DNA of 64,000 bases from the NCBI GenBank assembly GCA_035285865.1, contig JAYKHS010000026.1:64001-128000 (forward strand), written 5' to 3'. Every line of letters begins with the position of its first letter. Positions within the stretch are counted from its first letter, which is position 1. The notes under the pieces were generated by a model. That model saw nothing but the letters and a program-made list of their open reading frames with translations. It was not told where the DNA came from and searched no databases. Source of the DNA: Candidatus Sericytochromatia bacterium (GTDB lineage Bacteria; Cyanobacteriota; Sericytochromatia; S15B-MN24; VGJW01). A program made the position numbers and the translations under genes. Shown here one piece after another: positions 38,453-48,483 of this stretch.

Positions 38453-39111
38453 GGCGTGGTCTGTCCTCCGATGTTCTTGACGAAGCGGCGACCGCGGCTG
38501 AGCAGGACCACCTGGGCGCTGTTGATGCTGACGACCTTGGAGCCGTCCTCGAGAATCTCGCCGATGCGTGCCTCGCGAGTCAGGCCATCGAGTTCAAGCA
38601 CGGCGAGTGCCTCGCGGCCCGTGTTCAGGATGCCCTGAAGCTCCCAGAGCGGTTCGTCGGGATCGAGATAGACGATCTCCTCGATGTACTGGCCGCCTGG
38701 GCCCGGCCTGCGCAGGGTGCGGGCAACCTTGCCCGGAGGGGGCACGATGACCGGGGGTGGAGTCAGCTTGGGCTTGAGGATGATGGGGGCGGGAATGGGG
38801 GCGATCGGTATCGTCTTGTCCCGAAGCAGGGAACGGAAGGGGTCTTCGCGTCCCGACTTCGACCGGGCCTCGCGGATCAGCTGGTGGATCTTGGACTCCC
38901 GCTTGGTGGTGGCTGGTCCGGGATTGGGGGCTGAACCCGTCGCGGGCGGCAGCGATGCACCGAACTCCGGGTTGCCCGATCCACTGGCGGTGCCCACGAC
39001 GGGTGGCAGGCCACCGACGTCACCGGTGGCGACCTGCTGGGCCCGAACGGGGTCGGGCGCCAGCCAGAGGCCAGCAGCGAAGAGGGCGAGACCGCTATTG
39101 GTCCAGCGCAT
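38449..39111 (-). CDS. PilP-like pilus assembly protein
   Basis: GREDPF, LQGIL, VVSIN; position between pilO and pilQ. Confidence 0.6.
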   Translation of the reverse strand: MRWTNSGLALFAAGLWLAPDPVRAQQVATGDVGGLPPVVGTASGSGNPEFGASLPPATGSAPNPGPATTKRESKIHQLIREARSKSGREDPFRSLLRDKTIPIAPIPAPIILKPKLTPPPVIVPPPGKVARTLRRPGPGGQYIEEIVYLDPDEPLWELQGILNTGREALAVLELDGLTREARIGEILEDGSKVVSINSAQVVLLSRGRRFVKNIGGQTTP

Positions 39112-39742
39112 ACGTCGTCACTCGGAAATTGAACGTCAGGGACCTGTCCGCGGCATTGGTCTGGGCCTGTCGAGACCCACCTTCGCCGCCAGCCCCTCCT
39201 GCATTGGAAGGACTGATGGTCGGGGGGCCGACCTGCAACACGCCCTCATAACTGGAAAGTCGCTCAAGGAAAGAGACGAAGTCGGGGAACTTGCCGCTGA
39301 CCTCCAGCTCGATGGTCTGGGTGCCCAGAGCAGCGAACTCCGCTGGCAGGGCCTCGTCGCCCGGCGCCTTCTCCTTGAGCGTGAAGTTGAACGGGGCGAA
39401 GCGTCGGATTTCGATCTTCGACTCGGCGGCAAGGGAAGCGAGATCAACCAGCAGGATGGAGAGGACCTGAGTGTTGGCCGGAATGCCGCGGCGCATGCGC
39501 TCGAAGTCTTCCTCGTTCAAGCGCTCCCGCTCCGCAATCTCCGCCTCCGTGGTCGTCAGGCTCACGGCGGCAAGCAGCGTCTGCTCGTTGGCGGCGATCG
39601 TGGTTCGCTTCTCGAGGTATTCCTCGAAGCGAGGCCAGGGTCCCAGCCATGTCTGCAGCAACAGCAGCAACAGGAAGAAGACCAGCGCGGCGTAGCGCTG
39701 CTGCTCCGGATTGAAGGAGCGTCCGAAAAGCTCGATGTTCAC
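39095..39742 (-). CDS. pilO: PilO
   Basis: TM + coiled coil + VSGKFPDFVSFLERL; synteny. Confidence 0.8.
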   Translation of the reverse strand: MNIELFGRSFNPEQQRYAALVFFLLLLLLQTWLGPWPRFEEYLEKRTTIAANEQTLLAAVSLTTTEAEIAERERLNEEDFERMRRGIPANTQVLSILLVDLASLAAESKIEIRRFAPFNFTLKEKAPGDEALPAEFAALGTQTIELEVSGKFPDFVSFLERLSSYEGVLQVGPPTISPSNAGGAGGEGGSRQAQTNAADRSLTFNFRVTTYALDQ

Positions 39743-39745
39743 GGA

Positions 39746-40414
39746 TCAGGACGCTTCCTTGTCCTGCTCGGCCGGCGCCGGTGCTTCTGCCTTGGCCTTG
39801 GCCGCAGGTGCAGCAGCCGCCGGGGCATTGCCCGCCGCATCCTCGTGCGTGACGCGGACCGTGATCTCGAAGTTCAGCGCGCCATCCTCGCCCGGCTCCA
39901 TCTCGATGGGCTTCAAGGCAGGGTCCGCGAAGTTCCGGGCCGTCTGCAGATTGGTGTAAAGATACGCGATCGAGCGCGAATCGAGCGCCGAGCCTCGCAG
40001 GACGAACGTGTTGCCCGAGGCGCTCAGATCCGTCAACCAGAGGTCCGTGGGTGTCAGCATCCGCAACTCTTCGAGGACCTCGGCCCACGGGTTTGACCTG
40101 TCGATCATGGAGCGGAGTGCACCGTAAGCTTGCTCGCGTAGCTCGAGCTGGTTCTTGCGCTTGCTGAGCTTGGTCTTGCCGGCACTGGTGACCTTGAGCT
40201 GCTCGTTTTGCTTGGCGAGCGTCTCGTCGGCAGGTGCGATCAGTTGGGTATCCACCAGACCTGTCGTGAGAACTGGAAGGCCCAGAGCGACGACACACCC
40301 GACCACGACGATGAAGACGAAGCCCGGGTCCAGGTTGGCCAGATAGGGCGGCAGCTTGATCCCGGCAATCTCCTTGGATTCCGGGGGCAGCAGGTTGACC
40401 TTCAGGACCTTCAT
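39746..40414 (-). CDS. pilN: PilN
   Basis: VNLLP motif, TM, WAEVLEEL...PTDLWL. Confidence 0.88.
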   Translation of the reverse strand: MKVLKVNLLPPESKEIAGIKLPPYLANLDPGFVFIVVVGCVVALGLPVLTTGLVDTQLIAPADETLAKQNEQLKVTSAGKTKLSKRKNQLELREQAYGALRSMIDRSNPWAEVLEELRMLTPTDLWLTDLSASGNTFVLRGSALDSRSIAYLYTNLQTARNFADPALKPIEMEPGEDGALNFEITVRVTHEDAAGNAPAAAAPAAKAKAEAPAPAEQDKEAS

Positions 40415-41535
40415 TCGCCCAACGCCCCCCTCATCGCGAGGCCGATGGCCGTGGCCAGGGTGGGGCCTTGGGGCAGCAGGATGTCAGGCGGGAACTCGGA
40501 TTCGTCGAACTCGATATGGTGGAACGGATTGATGGGTTCGACCGGCATGGCCACGCGGCTCGCAAGATAACGTTCGATGCCGCGGATGTTCCCGCCGCGA
40601 CCGGACAGCACCACGCGATCGATGGGGTCGGAGCCTTGGGCGAGATAGAAGTCGAGGGAGCGACTGATCTCGCCCGTCAACTCGCCAAGGGCGGGCCGGA
40701 TGCTCTCGGCCGCCTGCTCGGCTTCAGGTGACATGTCGAAACCACCCTGTGGGTCGACATCGACTTCGTCGAGCAACTTTCGCGCCGTTTCTTCGTCCAC
40801 GCCCATGCTGTTGATGAGCAGATCGAGCAGGTAGGCGAAGCCGATGGGAATCGAACGCGTGAACCGGGGCACCCCCGACACCAGGATGTTGATGTCCGTC
40901 GTCCAGCCCTGAATGTGCACGAGCGCGGTCGTCATCTCGTCTCGGCACTGGTCGGTGTCGGCAATGGTCCGGATGATGGCGAACGACGCGACATCTAGCG
41001 CATCCAGCTGGACCTCCGCACCTTTGAGGGCTTCCACCAGGGAGTTGACCAGTGTCTTCTGGGCTGCAACGAGAATGATCTCGTGCTTGAGGGCTCCGTC
41101 CTCCTCAATTTCGCCGACTCGGTCATAGGCCAGGTTGACGTCTTCGATGGCGAAGGGGATGTAGCGTTCGGCCTCGTAGCTGATGACTTCCTTGAGTTCG
41201 CTGTCCGGCATGGCGGGGAAGCGCACCGGACGGACGATGGTCGACTGTCCGGCCACGGCCGAAACGGCACGCCTGCTCTCGATCTCGTTGTCAACGAGCA
41301 GGGCCTGGATCGTATCCGCAAGGGCGACCGGATCCGTGATCTCGCCCTCTTGGACCGAGTTCCATGGCGTGTTGCCGAGTATGACCTGACGAAGGACCAT
41401 GGCCCCCTTCACCCGGCGGAGTTCGACGATGACGATCGTGTCGGACGTGATGTCGATGCCGATGCGGATGATCGGCTTGAAGATGGCCCGGAGCCGCTCG
41501 AAGCCCTGTGTGATGGTCTGCTGGAAGTTCGCCAT
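40411..41535 (-). CDS. pilM: PilM
   Basis: IGIDI, EAERYIPF, EISRSLDFY, LSGRGG, AIGLAMR. Confidence 0.92.
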   Translation of the reverse strand: MANFQQTITQGFERLRAIFKPIIRIGIDITSDTIVIVELRRVKGAMVLRQVILGNTPWNSVQEGEITDPVALADTIQALLVDNEIESRRAVSAVAGQSTIVRPVRFPAMPDSELKEVISYEAERYIPFAIEDVNLAYDRVGEIEEDGALKHEIILVAAQKTLVNSLVEALKGAEVQLDALDVASFAIIRTIADTDQCRDEMTTALVHIQGWTTDINILVSGVPRFTRSIPIGFAYLLDLLINSMGVDEETARKLLDEVDVDPQGGFDMSPEAEQAAESIRPALGELTGEISRSLDFYLAQGSDPIDRVVLSGRGGNIRGIERYLASRVAMPVEPINPFHHIEFDESEFPPDILLPQGPTLATAIGLAMRGALGE

Positions 41536-41536
41536 C

Positions 41537-42478
41537 TCAGGCCAGGCCTTCCAGATACCAACGCAGCAGCCTGTCGCCGGTCAGCATGGCCACCCATCCC
41601 CCGAGGACCAGGGCCGGTCCGAACGGAAAGGGCCGGGTCTGCCGGTCGCGGATGGAGCGCCAAGTCGCGCTGATGCGATACCCCTGACGCACGAACTCGA
41701 CGGCGATGCCCAGCAGGCTGCCGAAGACGAATGAACCAGCGATGGCCACCGCCAGAGGCTTGGGCCCAAGCCAAGCTCCCAGAGCAGCCGCGAGATGGGC
41801 GTCACCTCGTCCCAGGGCGTCGCGTCGGAAGACGGCGAAGGCTACGGATTCGAGGGCGCGGAAGCCCAGGTAGGCCGCGACTGTCGCAAGAATCGCCCCT
41901 GCGGGATTGCCCGCAAGCGCGTGCCAGACGAGTCCGGCCCAGACCAGCGGGAAGGTGATGCCCGTGGGCAGCATCATCGTGTCGACATCGATCCAGAAAA
42001 GGGCCATCGTGGCCGCGAAGAACCCGGACCAGGCAAGCGCGGCAGGCGTGGGCCCGAACTGCGTGAAGATCGCGAGACAGCCCGCTGCCGTGGCTGCCTC
42101 GACAAGTGGATAGCGGGGGGAAATGGCGACGGAGCAGTGGCGGCAACGCCCCCCAAGCAGCAGCCAGCCGATCACCGGGAGGTTGTCGTGCCAGGGGATG
42201 GGGTGACTGCAGCCAGGACACGCCGAACCGGGCTGGGCCAGATCGTAGTTGGCTCGGACCGGCAGGGGCTGCGCCACGGTGTGTTCGCCGATCTCGTAGG
42301 TGTGGTTGCCCCACGTGGGCAAGGGGACGCGGGGTTCGGCCATCGGGGCATAGCCGCCCATGATGGGGAGCCTGTGGATGACGACATTGAGGAAACTGCC
42401 CAGGATGGCTCCGAAAAGCACGGCCGCCACCGGAAGGAAGCCCGGCGGCCACCATGACGCATCGAAGGGGCTGGCCAT
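41537..42478 (-). CDS. pilD: Prepilin peptidase
   Basis: GSFLNVVIHRLP, CPGC...GRCRHC, ISPRYPLVE, GRGDA, FPFGPAL. Confidence 0.95.
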   Translation of the reverse strand: MASPFDASWWPPGFLPVAAVLFGAILGSFLNVVIHRLPIMGGYAPMAEPRVPLPTWGNHTYEIGEHTVAQPLPVRANYDLAQPGSACPGCSHPIPWHDNLPVIGWLLLGGRCRHCSVAISPRYPLVEAATAAGCLAIFTQFGPTPAALAWSGFFAATMALFWIDVDTMMLPTGITFPLVWAGLVWHALAGNPAGAILATVAAYLGFRALESVAFAVFRRDALGRGDAHLAAALGAWLGPKPLAVAIAGSFVFGSLLGIAVEFVRQGYRISATWRSIRDRQTRPFPFGPALVLGGWVAMLTGDRLLRWYLEGLA

Positions 42479-42514
42479 CGTCAACACCCGTTTGTACCAC
42501 CCATCATGGCCATG

Positions 42515-43246
42515 TTAACGGCCTGCAAGGTCCGGTGCCGTGACGGATGCCCGTTCCCGACGCAGTCTGTCCAAGGCGCGCCTCGCCATCCCGGCGAGGC
42601 GTTCGTCTCCGCGTTGGCGCGCATCTGACTCGATGGCAAGCCAGAGTTGCCTCGCGAGGTCGGGGTCATGCCGACGCTCGGCCAGGCCGGCCGCCATCCT
42701 GAGCGCATTTCGGGCAAGGCTCTGGAGCCGGGGTTCGGCATCGGGTCTCCCCGCAGCCTCGAATGCATGAATGGCTCCGTCAATGTCCTTGAGCAGCAGG
42801 TACCGGACGAATCCGAGTTGGAAGAGCAGCACGCGATCGCCGGGACGATGCCGCAGGCCGCGTTCGAGCAGCGCTGCGGCGGGTTTCGGCAGTCCTGCGT
42901 CACCCAGGGCCCAGCAGCCGAAGCTGTAGGCCACCATGTAATCCGGGTCAAGGGTCGTGATGGTGTCGAGGCCTGCTTCGAGGTCGCCGAAGCGGCGTTC
43001 GCCTTCCGGGACGGCCACTACGGCACCGTCATGCTGCAGTAGGGCCAGCCAGGCCATGTCGGCCCACAAGGCGTCGAAGTCCGTGGCCATTCTCTTGGCG
43101 TAGGCTGCCGGAAGTGGCCGGTAGTCCAGCGCTGTCTCGCCCGCCAATCCGGTCGCGGCCACGATGTGGACGGAAATGGCCGTCACGAGGGAGGCCGAGA
43201 GCAGGAGGGCCGGCAGTCGTTCAGGCTTCACGGCGTTGGAAGGCAA
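42515..43246 (-). CDS. TPR-like pilus/ABC accessory protein (PilG/XapA-like)
   Basis: ADMAWL, TTLDPDY, LLERGL helical pattern; synteny with ABC genes and pilA. Confidence 0.6.
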   Translation of the reverse strand: MPSNAVKPERLPALLLSASLVTAISVHIVAATGLAGETALDYRPLPAAYAKRMATDFDALWADMAWLALLQHDGAVVAVPEGERRFGDLEAGLDTITTLDPDYMVAYSFGCWALGDAGLPKPAAALLERGLRHRPGDRVLLFQLGFVRYLLLKDIDGAIHAFEAAGRPDAEPRLQSLARNALRMAAGLAERRHDPDLARQLWLAIESDARQRGDERLAGMARRALDRLRRERASVTAPDLAGR

Positions 43247-43985
43247 GGATACCGACGCACAGGGCTGCGACGGACCAGGATATTCCGTGGATCGCCGCCT
43301 GCGCGGCCAGTCCCGGAGTCAGGCGCTGCCCATGGATGACGCGGTTCTTGAGATCCAGCAGCGAGAAATCGGGAATCGCGTGTCCGATGGCTGTCATGAT
43401 GGCCTTCGACAAGGGAGGTAGCTGGGTGGCCATGCCCGTGACGCTGTCCAGATTATGGCCCGTGACATATAGGGCCAGCGTGGCCAGCAGGGTGACGGGC
43501 AGGGAAGCAAAGGCCGAGAATCCGACGGCAAGCGAACCGACGAGGATCGTCTGCAGCATGACCAGCGGGACCTGCCCGGCCAGGATCAGCGGGTCCATCC
43601 CGCGCGCGCCAAGCAGCCCGAGCAGGACCGCCGACTGGCCGAGGACCAGCAACGTGCCCATGGCCAGCAGGCCCAAGGCCTTGCCCAGCAGAAAGCTCGT
43701 CCGCGACACGGGTTTCGAGAGCACGAGGAAGCTTGTTCTCCGTTCCCATTCCCGGGGCAGCATCTGCGCACCGGCCACGGCCACGAGCAGGACCGACGTC
43801 ACCTCCATGCAAGCGAAACCCAGGTCGGCAAGGATTCGTGCATCCTGGCCGAGCGACAGGCCGCCCAGGGGCAAGGCGCAGAGCAGGAGCAGCGCGGACG
43901 CCAGCATCGCCCCCGAGACCAGGCGCTCGCGCAGCAGTTCGCGCCACGTCTGGTGGGCCAGTGTCAGGACGTGTCCGAAGGACAT
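43221..43985 (-). CDS. ABC transporter permease (PilI-like)
   Basis: REWERRT...LSKPVSR...LLGK; multiple TM segments. Confidence 0.85.
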   Translation of the reverse strand: MSFGHVLTLAHQTWRELLRERLVSGAMLASALLLLCALPLGGLSLGQDARILADLGFACMEVTSVLLVAVAGAQMLPREWERRTSFLVLSKPVSRTSFLLGKALGLLAMGTLLVLGQSAVLLGLLGARGMDPLILAGQVPLVMLQTILVGSLAVGFSAFASLPVTLLATLALYVTGHNLDSVTGMATQLPPLSKAIMTAIGHAIPDFSLLDLKNRVIHGQRLTPGLAAQAAIHGISWSVAALCVGILAFQRREA

Positions 43986-43989
43986 CGTG

Positions 43990-44751
43990 TCAGACCGCGA
44001 CGGCTGCGGTCTTCGGGTTGCGAACCGTTTCCATGAAGAGTGTTTCCAGGTCGCGGCCGTCCCGCGAGAGATCCGCGATGGCCGCTTCCGCTGCCAGTTG
44101 GCCCTCCACGAGAATACCGACCCGGTCGCAGATTTCGGAGACATCCGACAGGATGTGCGAGTTGAAGAAAATGGTCTTGCCCTGGCGTTTCAGGTCCAGG
44201 ATCAACTCGCGGAATTCGTGACGGCCGACGGGGTCGAGGCCGCTCATGGGCTCGTCGAGCAGGACGAGCTCTGGGTCGTTGATGAGGGCCTGTGCGATGC
44301 CGACACGCTGCAACATTCCCTTGGAATACTTCTTGAGCTGGACCTTGCGTGCATCCTGCATGCGGACCTGAGTCAGAAGGCGGTCCGCACGCTCGTCGAC
44401 GACCTGCCGAGGCAGTTTGAAGAGCCCGCCGCAGAAGCGCAGGAACTCTTCCCCCGTCAGGTGTTGATAGAAATAGGGATTCTCAGGAAGGTACCCGATA
44501 CGGTTGCGCACATCGGGGTTTTCGGGGCTCTCCCCGAAGAGTCGGATCTCGCCACGGGTCGGACGGACAAGTCCGAGGAAAAGCTTCTGGGATGTGGTCT
44601 TGCCTGCACCGTTCGGGCCCAGCAAACCGAAGGTCTCCCCCGGTTCGATGCGAAGATCGAGGTCCGACAGGGCGTGGCGCGCCGGTTGCCCGATCTGCGC
44701 CGCATAGGTCTTGGAGAGGCCTTTGGCCTCGAGGACAGGCACGCTCATCAT
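43990..44751 (-). CDS. ABC transporter ATP-binding protein (PilH-like)
   Basis: GPNGAGKTT, YSKGMLQR, LLDEP, NSH. Confidence 0.93.
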   Translation of the reverse strand: MMSVPVLEAKGLSKTYAAQIGQPARHALSDLDLRIEPGETFGLLGPNGAGKTTSQKLFLGLVRPTRGEIRLFGESPENPDVRNRIGYLPENPYFYQHLTGEEFLRFCGGLFKLPRQVVDERADRLLTQVRMQDARKVQLKKYSKGMLQRVGIAQALINDPELVLLDEPMSGLDPVGRHEFRELILDLKRQGKTIFFNSHILSDVSEICDRVGILVEGQLAAEAAIADLSRDGRDLETLFMETVRNPKTAAVAV

Positions 44752-44821
44752 GGCTGAACCTAGTCTATACCAGAGCCGATGGCCAGCCGCCAGAGGCGAC
44801 AGGCCCACGGAAAAACTCGGA

Positions 44822-45304
44822 TCAGGTGTTGTTGAGGACCGAGACCACGACGGCGTTGCCGGCCTTCTTGCCGACGCCAGTGATGGTGTACTGGTCGTTG
44901 GCGGTACCCGCTTCGGTGTAGCAAACGGCACCGTAGTGGTTCTCGGCGAAGGTACCCGTGTTGATGCCTGCACCTAGTGAATCATTCAGCACGACCTTGG
45001 TGGGCGCAATGTTCGCGGTCTGGGCCTGGCCCCACGGGGTCTTGGGATAGGCACCGCCAGCCATGTACTCGGTCTTCTGGATCACGTTCCCATAGAAGTC
45101 TGCCTTCACAGGGTAAACGCCGGCATTGTCCACACCGTACTGTTCAAGTGCCATCTGCACACTGTGAGCGTTGGCTTGGACGCCGGCATTCTTGGCCTTG
45201 TCCTGGGCTCCCATGAAGTTGGGCACGGCCACGGACGCGAGGATGCCGATGATGACGACGACCACGAGCAACTCGATCAGGGTGAAACCACGAGACTTGC
45301 GCAC
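44822..45304 (-). CDS. pilA: Type IVa major pilin
   Basis: RGFTLIELLVVVVIIGILA class III signal. Confidence 0.85.
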   Translation of the reverse strand: MRKSRGFTLIELLVVVVIIGILASVAVPNFMGAQDKAKNAGVQANAHSVQMALEQYGVDNAGVYPVKADFYGNVIQKTEYMAGGAYPKTPWGQAQTANIAPTKVVLNDSLGAGINTGTFAENHYGAVCYTEAGTANDQYTITGVGKKAGNAVVVSVLNNT

Positions 45305-45348
45305 CTGTTGGGCTCCATGTTCCGGGAAATGGGGGTAGTGGGTGAGGC

Positions 45349-45374
45349 GTTCCCCTCAAGGCGTCAGGTTAAAC
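45349..45374 (-). promoter_or_regulatory. SigB/SigF-type promoter for pilA
   Basis: GTTTAA-N14-GGGAAC. Confidence 0.55.
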
Positions 45375-45472
45375 CATGGGCGGGGCATCCGGCTATCCCT
45401 CCACGGTTGAGCGTGACTGTGCCCCGTCTCAGAGCTGCCGACCCGGGTTTGTTGCATCCCTGTTAAGGGTGG

Positions 45473-45498
45473 GTTTGAGCCCCGGAGGCAAGGGGTAG
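45473..45498 (+). promoter_or_regulatory. SigB/SigF-type promoter for the flagellar cluster
   Basis: GTTTGA-N14-GGGTAG. Confidence 0.55.
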
Positions 45499-45546
45499 AC
45501 AGGCATTGGGGGTGGTGTTCGGTCGCCCCCGATGAAGGAGAGTGTC

Positions 45547-46710
45547 TTGGCCTTCAACCCCCTGAGTCGGCTGGGAGGCGGTGGCATCGACCCCGCGCTG
45601 TCCCGGACCGCTGGTGGGCGTGGTCTGGGTCCGATCGACGCCGAGATCGACGCCAAGGCCAAGACCATGGCGTCACTGGCGTGGCAGACGGCCGTGGGCC
45701 GCTCCGGAACCGCCGATCCCTCGCTCGAGGCCGCAGCGCGCCAGAAGCCCTCGGGGCCGACCTGGTTCGGCTTCCACAACGACGCCTCCATCCTCGCGCG
45801 TCTGGCCCAGCAGGGCGTAGCCCCAACGCCCGTGCACCTGCGCATCGCCCAGCAGATGCTTCGGTACGGAGTCCCGCTTCAGCCTGCCAACATCGAGCAG
45901 ATCCGGGCACTCTGGCAGGCTCTGGGTGGTTCGTCGCTCGTCGATCTCGAGGCATTGACAGCCCTTTTCGCTGCGGGTCTGCCAACCGACCCGGAAAACT
46001 TCAAGGCGATGTCCCGCCTGCTTGCCGGTGGGCCGGCCGCCCATCTGTTCGCACGGACAGCCATGACGCTCAGGTCGGCCGGCCCGGCCGGCCCGCAGGC
46101 CGAGGCTCTGAAGCAATCGCTGCAGGCGTGGTGGAAGCTGGGCAACGGGCCCGAGATGCTGGCGTCCGAGATGCCCCAATTCCAGCAACTGTCGACCCGC
46201 ATCCGCCAGCAGGTGACCGCGCTCTCGGGCGCTCGCCTGCCCGAACAGCTGGCCCAGGACGTGCAGGCCCTCGCCGAGCATTTCCGTGCCCACGAGATGC
46301 TTCAGCGCACGCCTCAGAACTCCCTCTACATCCCCTTCTTCCAGTGGCGCGACCAGCAGCCGTTGCCCGGGGAAATTCTGATCCACGCGGACCGCGACGG
46401 GCACGCCGAGCGAACTGGCCAATACGCACAGGTCACGCTGGCCATCGACACGCGCAATCTTGGCCGCATCACGATCGATCTGACGGCCAGCCGAGGCCAC
46501 CTCGGCATCGCCTTTGAGGTGCAGGACGCCAGGATCAAGGCCTACATGGACGCCCGGACCCCCGAGCTTGGGAAGCGGATCGCGCCCAGAACCGGGTACG
46601 TGCTGGCCGGGATGCGGGTCGACGCCGTCGGCAACGGCCGCAGCATCTCGATCTTGCTGCCCCGGCGCAGGGATCTGCGCCGTTTGTCGCGCGCCGTGGG
46701 GGTCCTGTGA
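45547..46710 (+). CDS. FliK-like hook-length/ruler protein (C-terminal T3S4-like domain)
   Basis: TRNLGRITIDL...LGIAFEV...TPELGKRI; first gene of the flagellar cluster; TTG start with RBS AAGGAG. Confidence 0.55.
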   Translation: MAFNPLSRLGGGGIDPALSRTAGGRGLGPIDAEIDAKAKTMASLAWQTAVGRSGTADPSLEAAARQKPSGPTWFGFHNDASILARLAQQGVAPTPVHLRIAQQMLRYGVPLQPANIEQIRALWQALGGSSLVDLEALTALFAAGLPTDPENFKAMSRLLAGGPAAHLFARTAMTLRSAGPAGPQAEALKQSLQAWWKLGNGPEMLASEMPQFQQLSTRIRQQVTALSGARLPEQLAQDVQALAEHFRAHEMLQRTPQNSLYIPFFQWRDQQPLPGEILIHADRDGHAERTGQYAQVTLAIDTRNLGRITIDLTASRGHLGIAFEVQDARIKAYMDARTPELGKRIAPRTGYVLAGMRVDAVGNGRSISILLPRRRDLRRLSRAVGVL

Positions 46711-46937
46711 GAGGCAATCGTCCTGACGACGACGCGCTTTGGAACAGCCTGGCGCAAGTGGCCGAAGCCTACGGGGCTCCGCCCGCCGAGGCCGCGGCCC
46801 TGACGCGGGTGCTCGGGCAATTGGACCCGCGTTCGGTGCCTCCCGAACTCGCGGCGGCTGTTGCCGAGACGCTTGGGTTCGTCTTCGCACTGGATCAGCA
46901 GGCTGAAGGAGCGGGCACGATGGAGGGACGTCGATGA
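46707..46937 (+). CDS. Small hypothetical protein
   Basis: Overlaps both neighbours (GTGA/ATGA coupling). Confidence 0.6.
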   Translation: MRGNRPDDDALWNSLAQVAEAYGAPPAEAAALTRVLGQLDPRSVPPELAAAVAETLGFVFALDQQAEGAGTMEGRR

Positions 46938-47665
46938 TCCGGGGCATCTACACCGCAGCATCCGCGATGCAGCTCAACACGCACATGGTCGACGTGATGG
47001 CCGACAACCTCGCCAACTCGGCGACCACCGGCTACAAGCGCAAGGAAGCCATCGTGCGTTCCTTCGGCGATGTGCTGGTGGACCTGACGGGGGATGCCGA
47101 GCCGGGGCGGGTCCAGCTTGGCGCCAAGATTGACGAGGTGGCCCGGGACGGCAAGGCGGGCAGCCTCCGGAGGACGGACGGGCTGCTTGACGTGGCCGTC
47201 GAGACCGACGATCACCAGATGCTGGCGCAGCGCGCCGACGGAACCCGGCTCTTCACGCGCAACGGCCAGCTCAGGCTGGATGCCGAGCGTTACCTCGTGA
47301 CCAGTACGGGCGACCGCATCCTTGACGCCGGACTTGCTCCCATCGAGATGCCCCAGGACTTGAATGGCCTGCGCATTGAGGCCGACGGCACGGTGCGCAG
47401 CACTGCCGGTGTCGTGGGACGCATCGGCCTGTTCACGCCCTCGGTGGCCCAGATGACGGGTTTCCCGGTGGCGATCGGTGCCTTGCTGCCGGCCGAAGGC
47501 GGCCGCCTGCAGCAGGGCTATCTCGAGTCGTCGAACGTCAATATCGTCACCGAGATGATGGGCCTCGTCGAGGCCAATCGCCACTTCGGCTTGGGCCAGA
47601 AACTCGTCACCGTGCATGACCAGTTGCTGCAGAAGGCCAGCAACGACCTCGGCCGTACCCAGTAG
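46934..47665 (+). CDS. flgF: Flagellar proximal rod protein FlgF
   Basis: MIRGIYTAASAM, NLANSATTGYK, FTRNG, QGYLESSNVN. Confidence 0.88.
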   Translation: MIRGIYTAASAMQLNTHMVDVMADNLANSATTGYKRKEAIVRSFGDVLVDLTGDAEPGRVQLGAKIDEVARDGKAGSLRRTDGLLDVAVETDDHQMLAQRADGTRLFTRNGQLRLDAERYLVTSTGDRILDAGLAPIEMPQDLNGLRIEADGTVRSTAGVVGRIGLFTPSVAQMTGFPVAIGALLPAEGGRLQQGYLESSNVNIVTEMMGLVEANRHFGLGQKLVTVHDQLLQKASNDLGRTQ

Positions 47666-47692
47666 TCCCCAGTTCCACGGAGGAATGTCGCC

Positions 47693-48472
47693 ATGATGCA
47701 TTCGATCTGGACCGCTGCCACCGGCATGCAGGCGCAGCAGATGCGCATCGATGCCATCGCCAACAATCTGGCGAACGTCAACACGACGTCCTACAAGAAG
47801 AGCCAGGTGGACTTCCAGGACCTGCTCTACCAGGCGGTGCAGGCCCCCGGGCAGGAGACCGCCGGCATGCAAGTGGGGCTTGGCGTGCGGCCGGCTGCAA
47901 TCACGAAGTATCACGCGCAGGGCAATCTGCAGGTCACGAACAATCCCCTCGACGTCGCCATCGACGGGCCGGGCTTCTTCCAGGTGACCACCACGGATTC
48001 CCGGGTCGTTGGCGGTCGGGCCTTCACGCGGGACGGATCCTTCAAGATCAATAATCTGGGGCAGCTCGTGACGTCCACCGGCCTGGTGGTCCAGCCCGAG
48101 ATCCAGCTGGGCAACGTCACGGACATCCGTATCCGCGAAGACGGCATGGTGTTCGGTCGTCTCGGGGGCGCCGGGCCTGTCACCCAGATCGAGGGCATCC
48201 AGCTGGTGACGTTTCCCAACCCTGCTGGGCTGATGTCCATCGGCAACAACCTCTATATGGAGACGGCTGCCAGCGGTCCGGCCAACGCCCCTGCGGCGGG
48301 TGGCGCAAACGGCAATGGTCGCTTCGTCCAGGGGGCTCTCGAAGCCTCGAACGTCGAACTCGTGACCGAGATGGTCATGATGATCGCGACGCAGAAGGCT
48401 TACGACACCTCTTCAAAAGCCATCAATGTTTCCGACAAGATGATGGAGTCGACCAACGGCCTCATCCGCTAA
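47693..48472 (+). CDS. flgG: Flagellar distal rod protein FlgG
   Basis: AATGMQAQQ, ANNLANVNT, FQDLLYQ, LEASNV. Confidence 0.95.
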   Translation: MMHSIWTAATGMQAQQMRIDAIANNLANVNTTSYKKSQVDFQDLLYQAVQAPGQETAGMQVGLGVRPAAITKYHAQGNLQVTNNPLDVAIDGPGFFQVTTTDSRVVGGRAFTRDGSFKINNLGQLVTSTGLVVQPEIQLGNVTDIRIREDGMVFGRLGGAGPVTQIEGIQLVTFPNPAGLMSIGNNLYMETAASGPANAPAAGGANGNGRFVQGALEASNVELVTEMVMMIATQKAYDTSSKAINVSDKMMESTNGLIR

Positions 48473-48483
48473 CGGTCGGGAAC

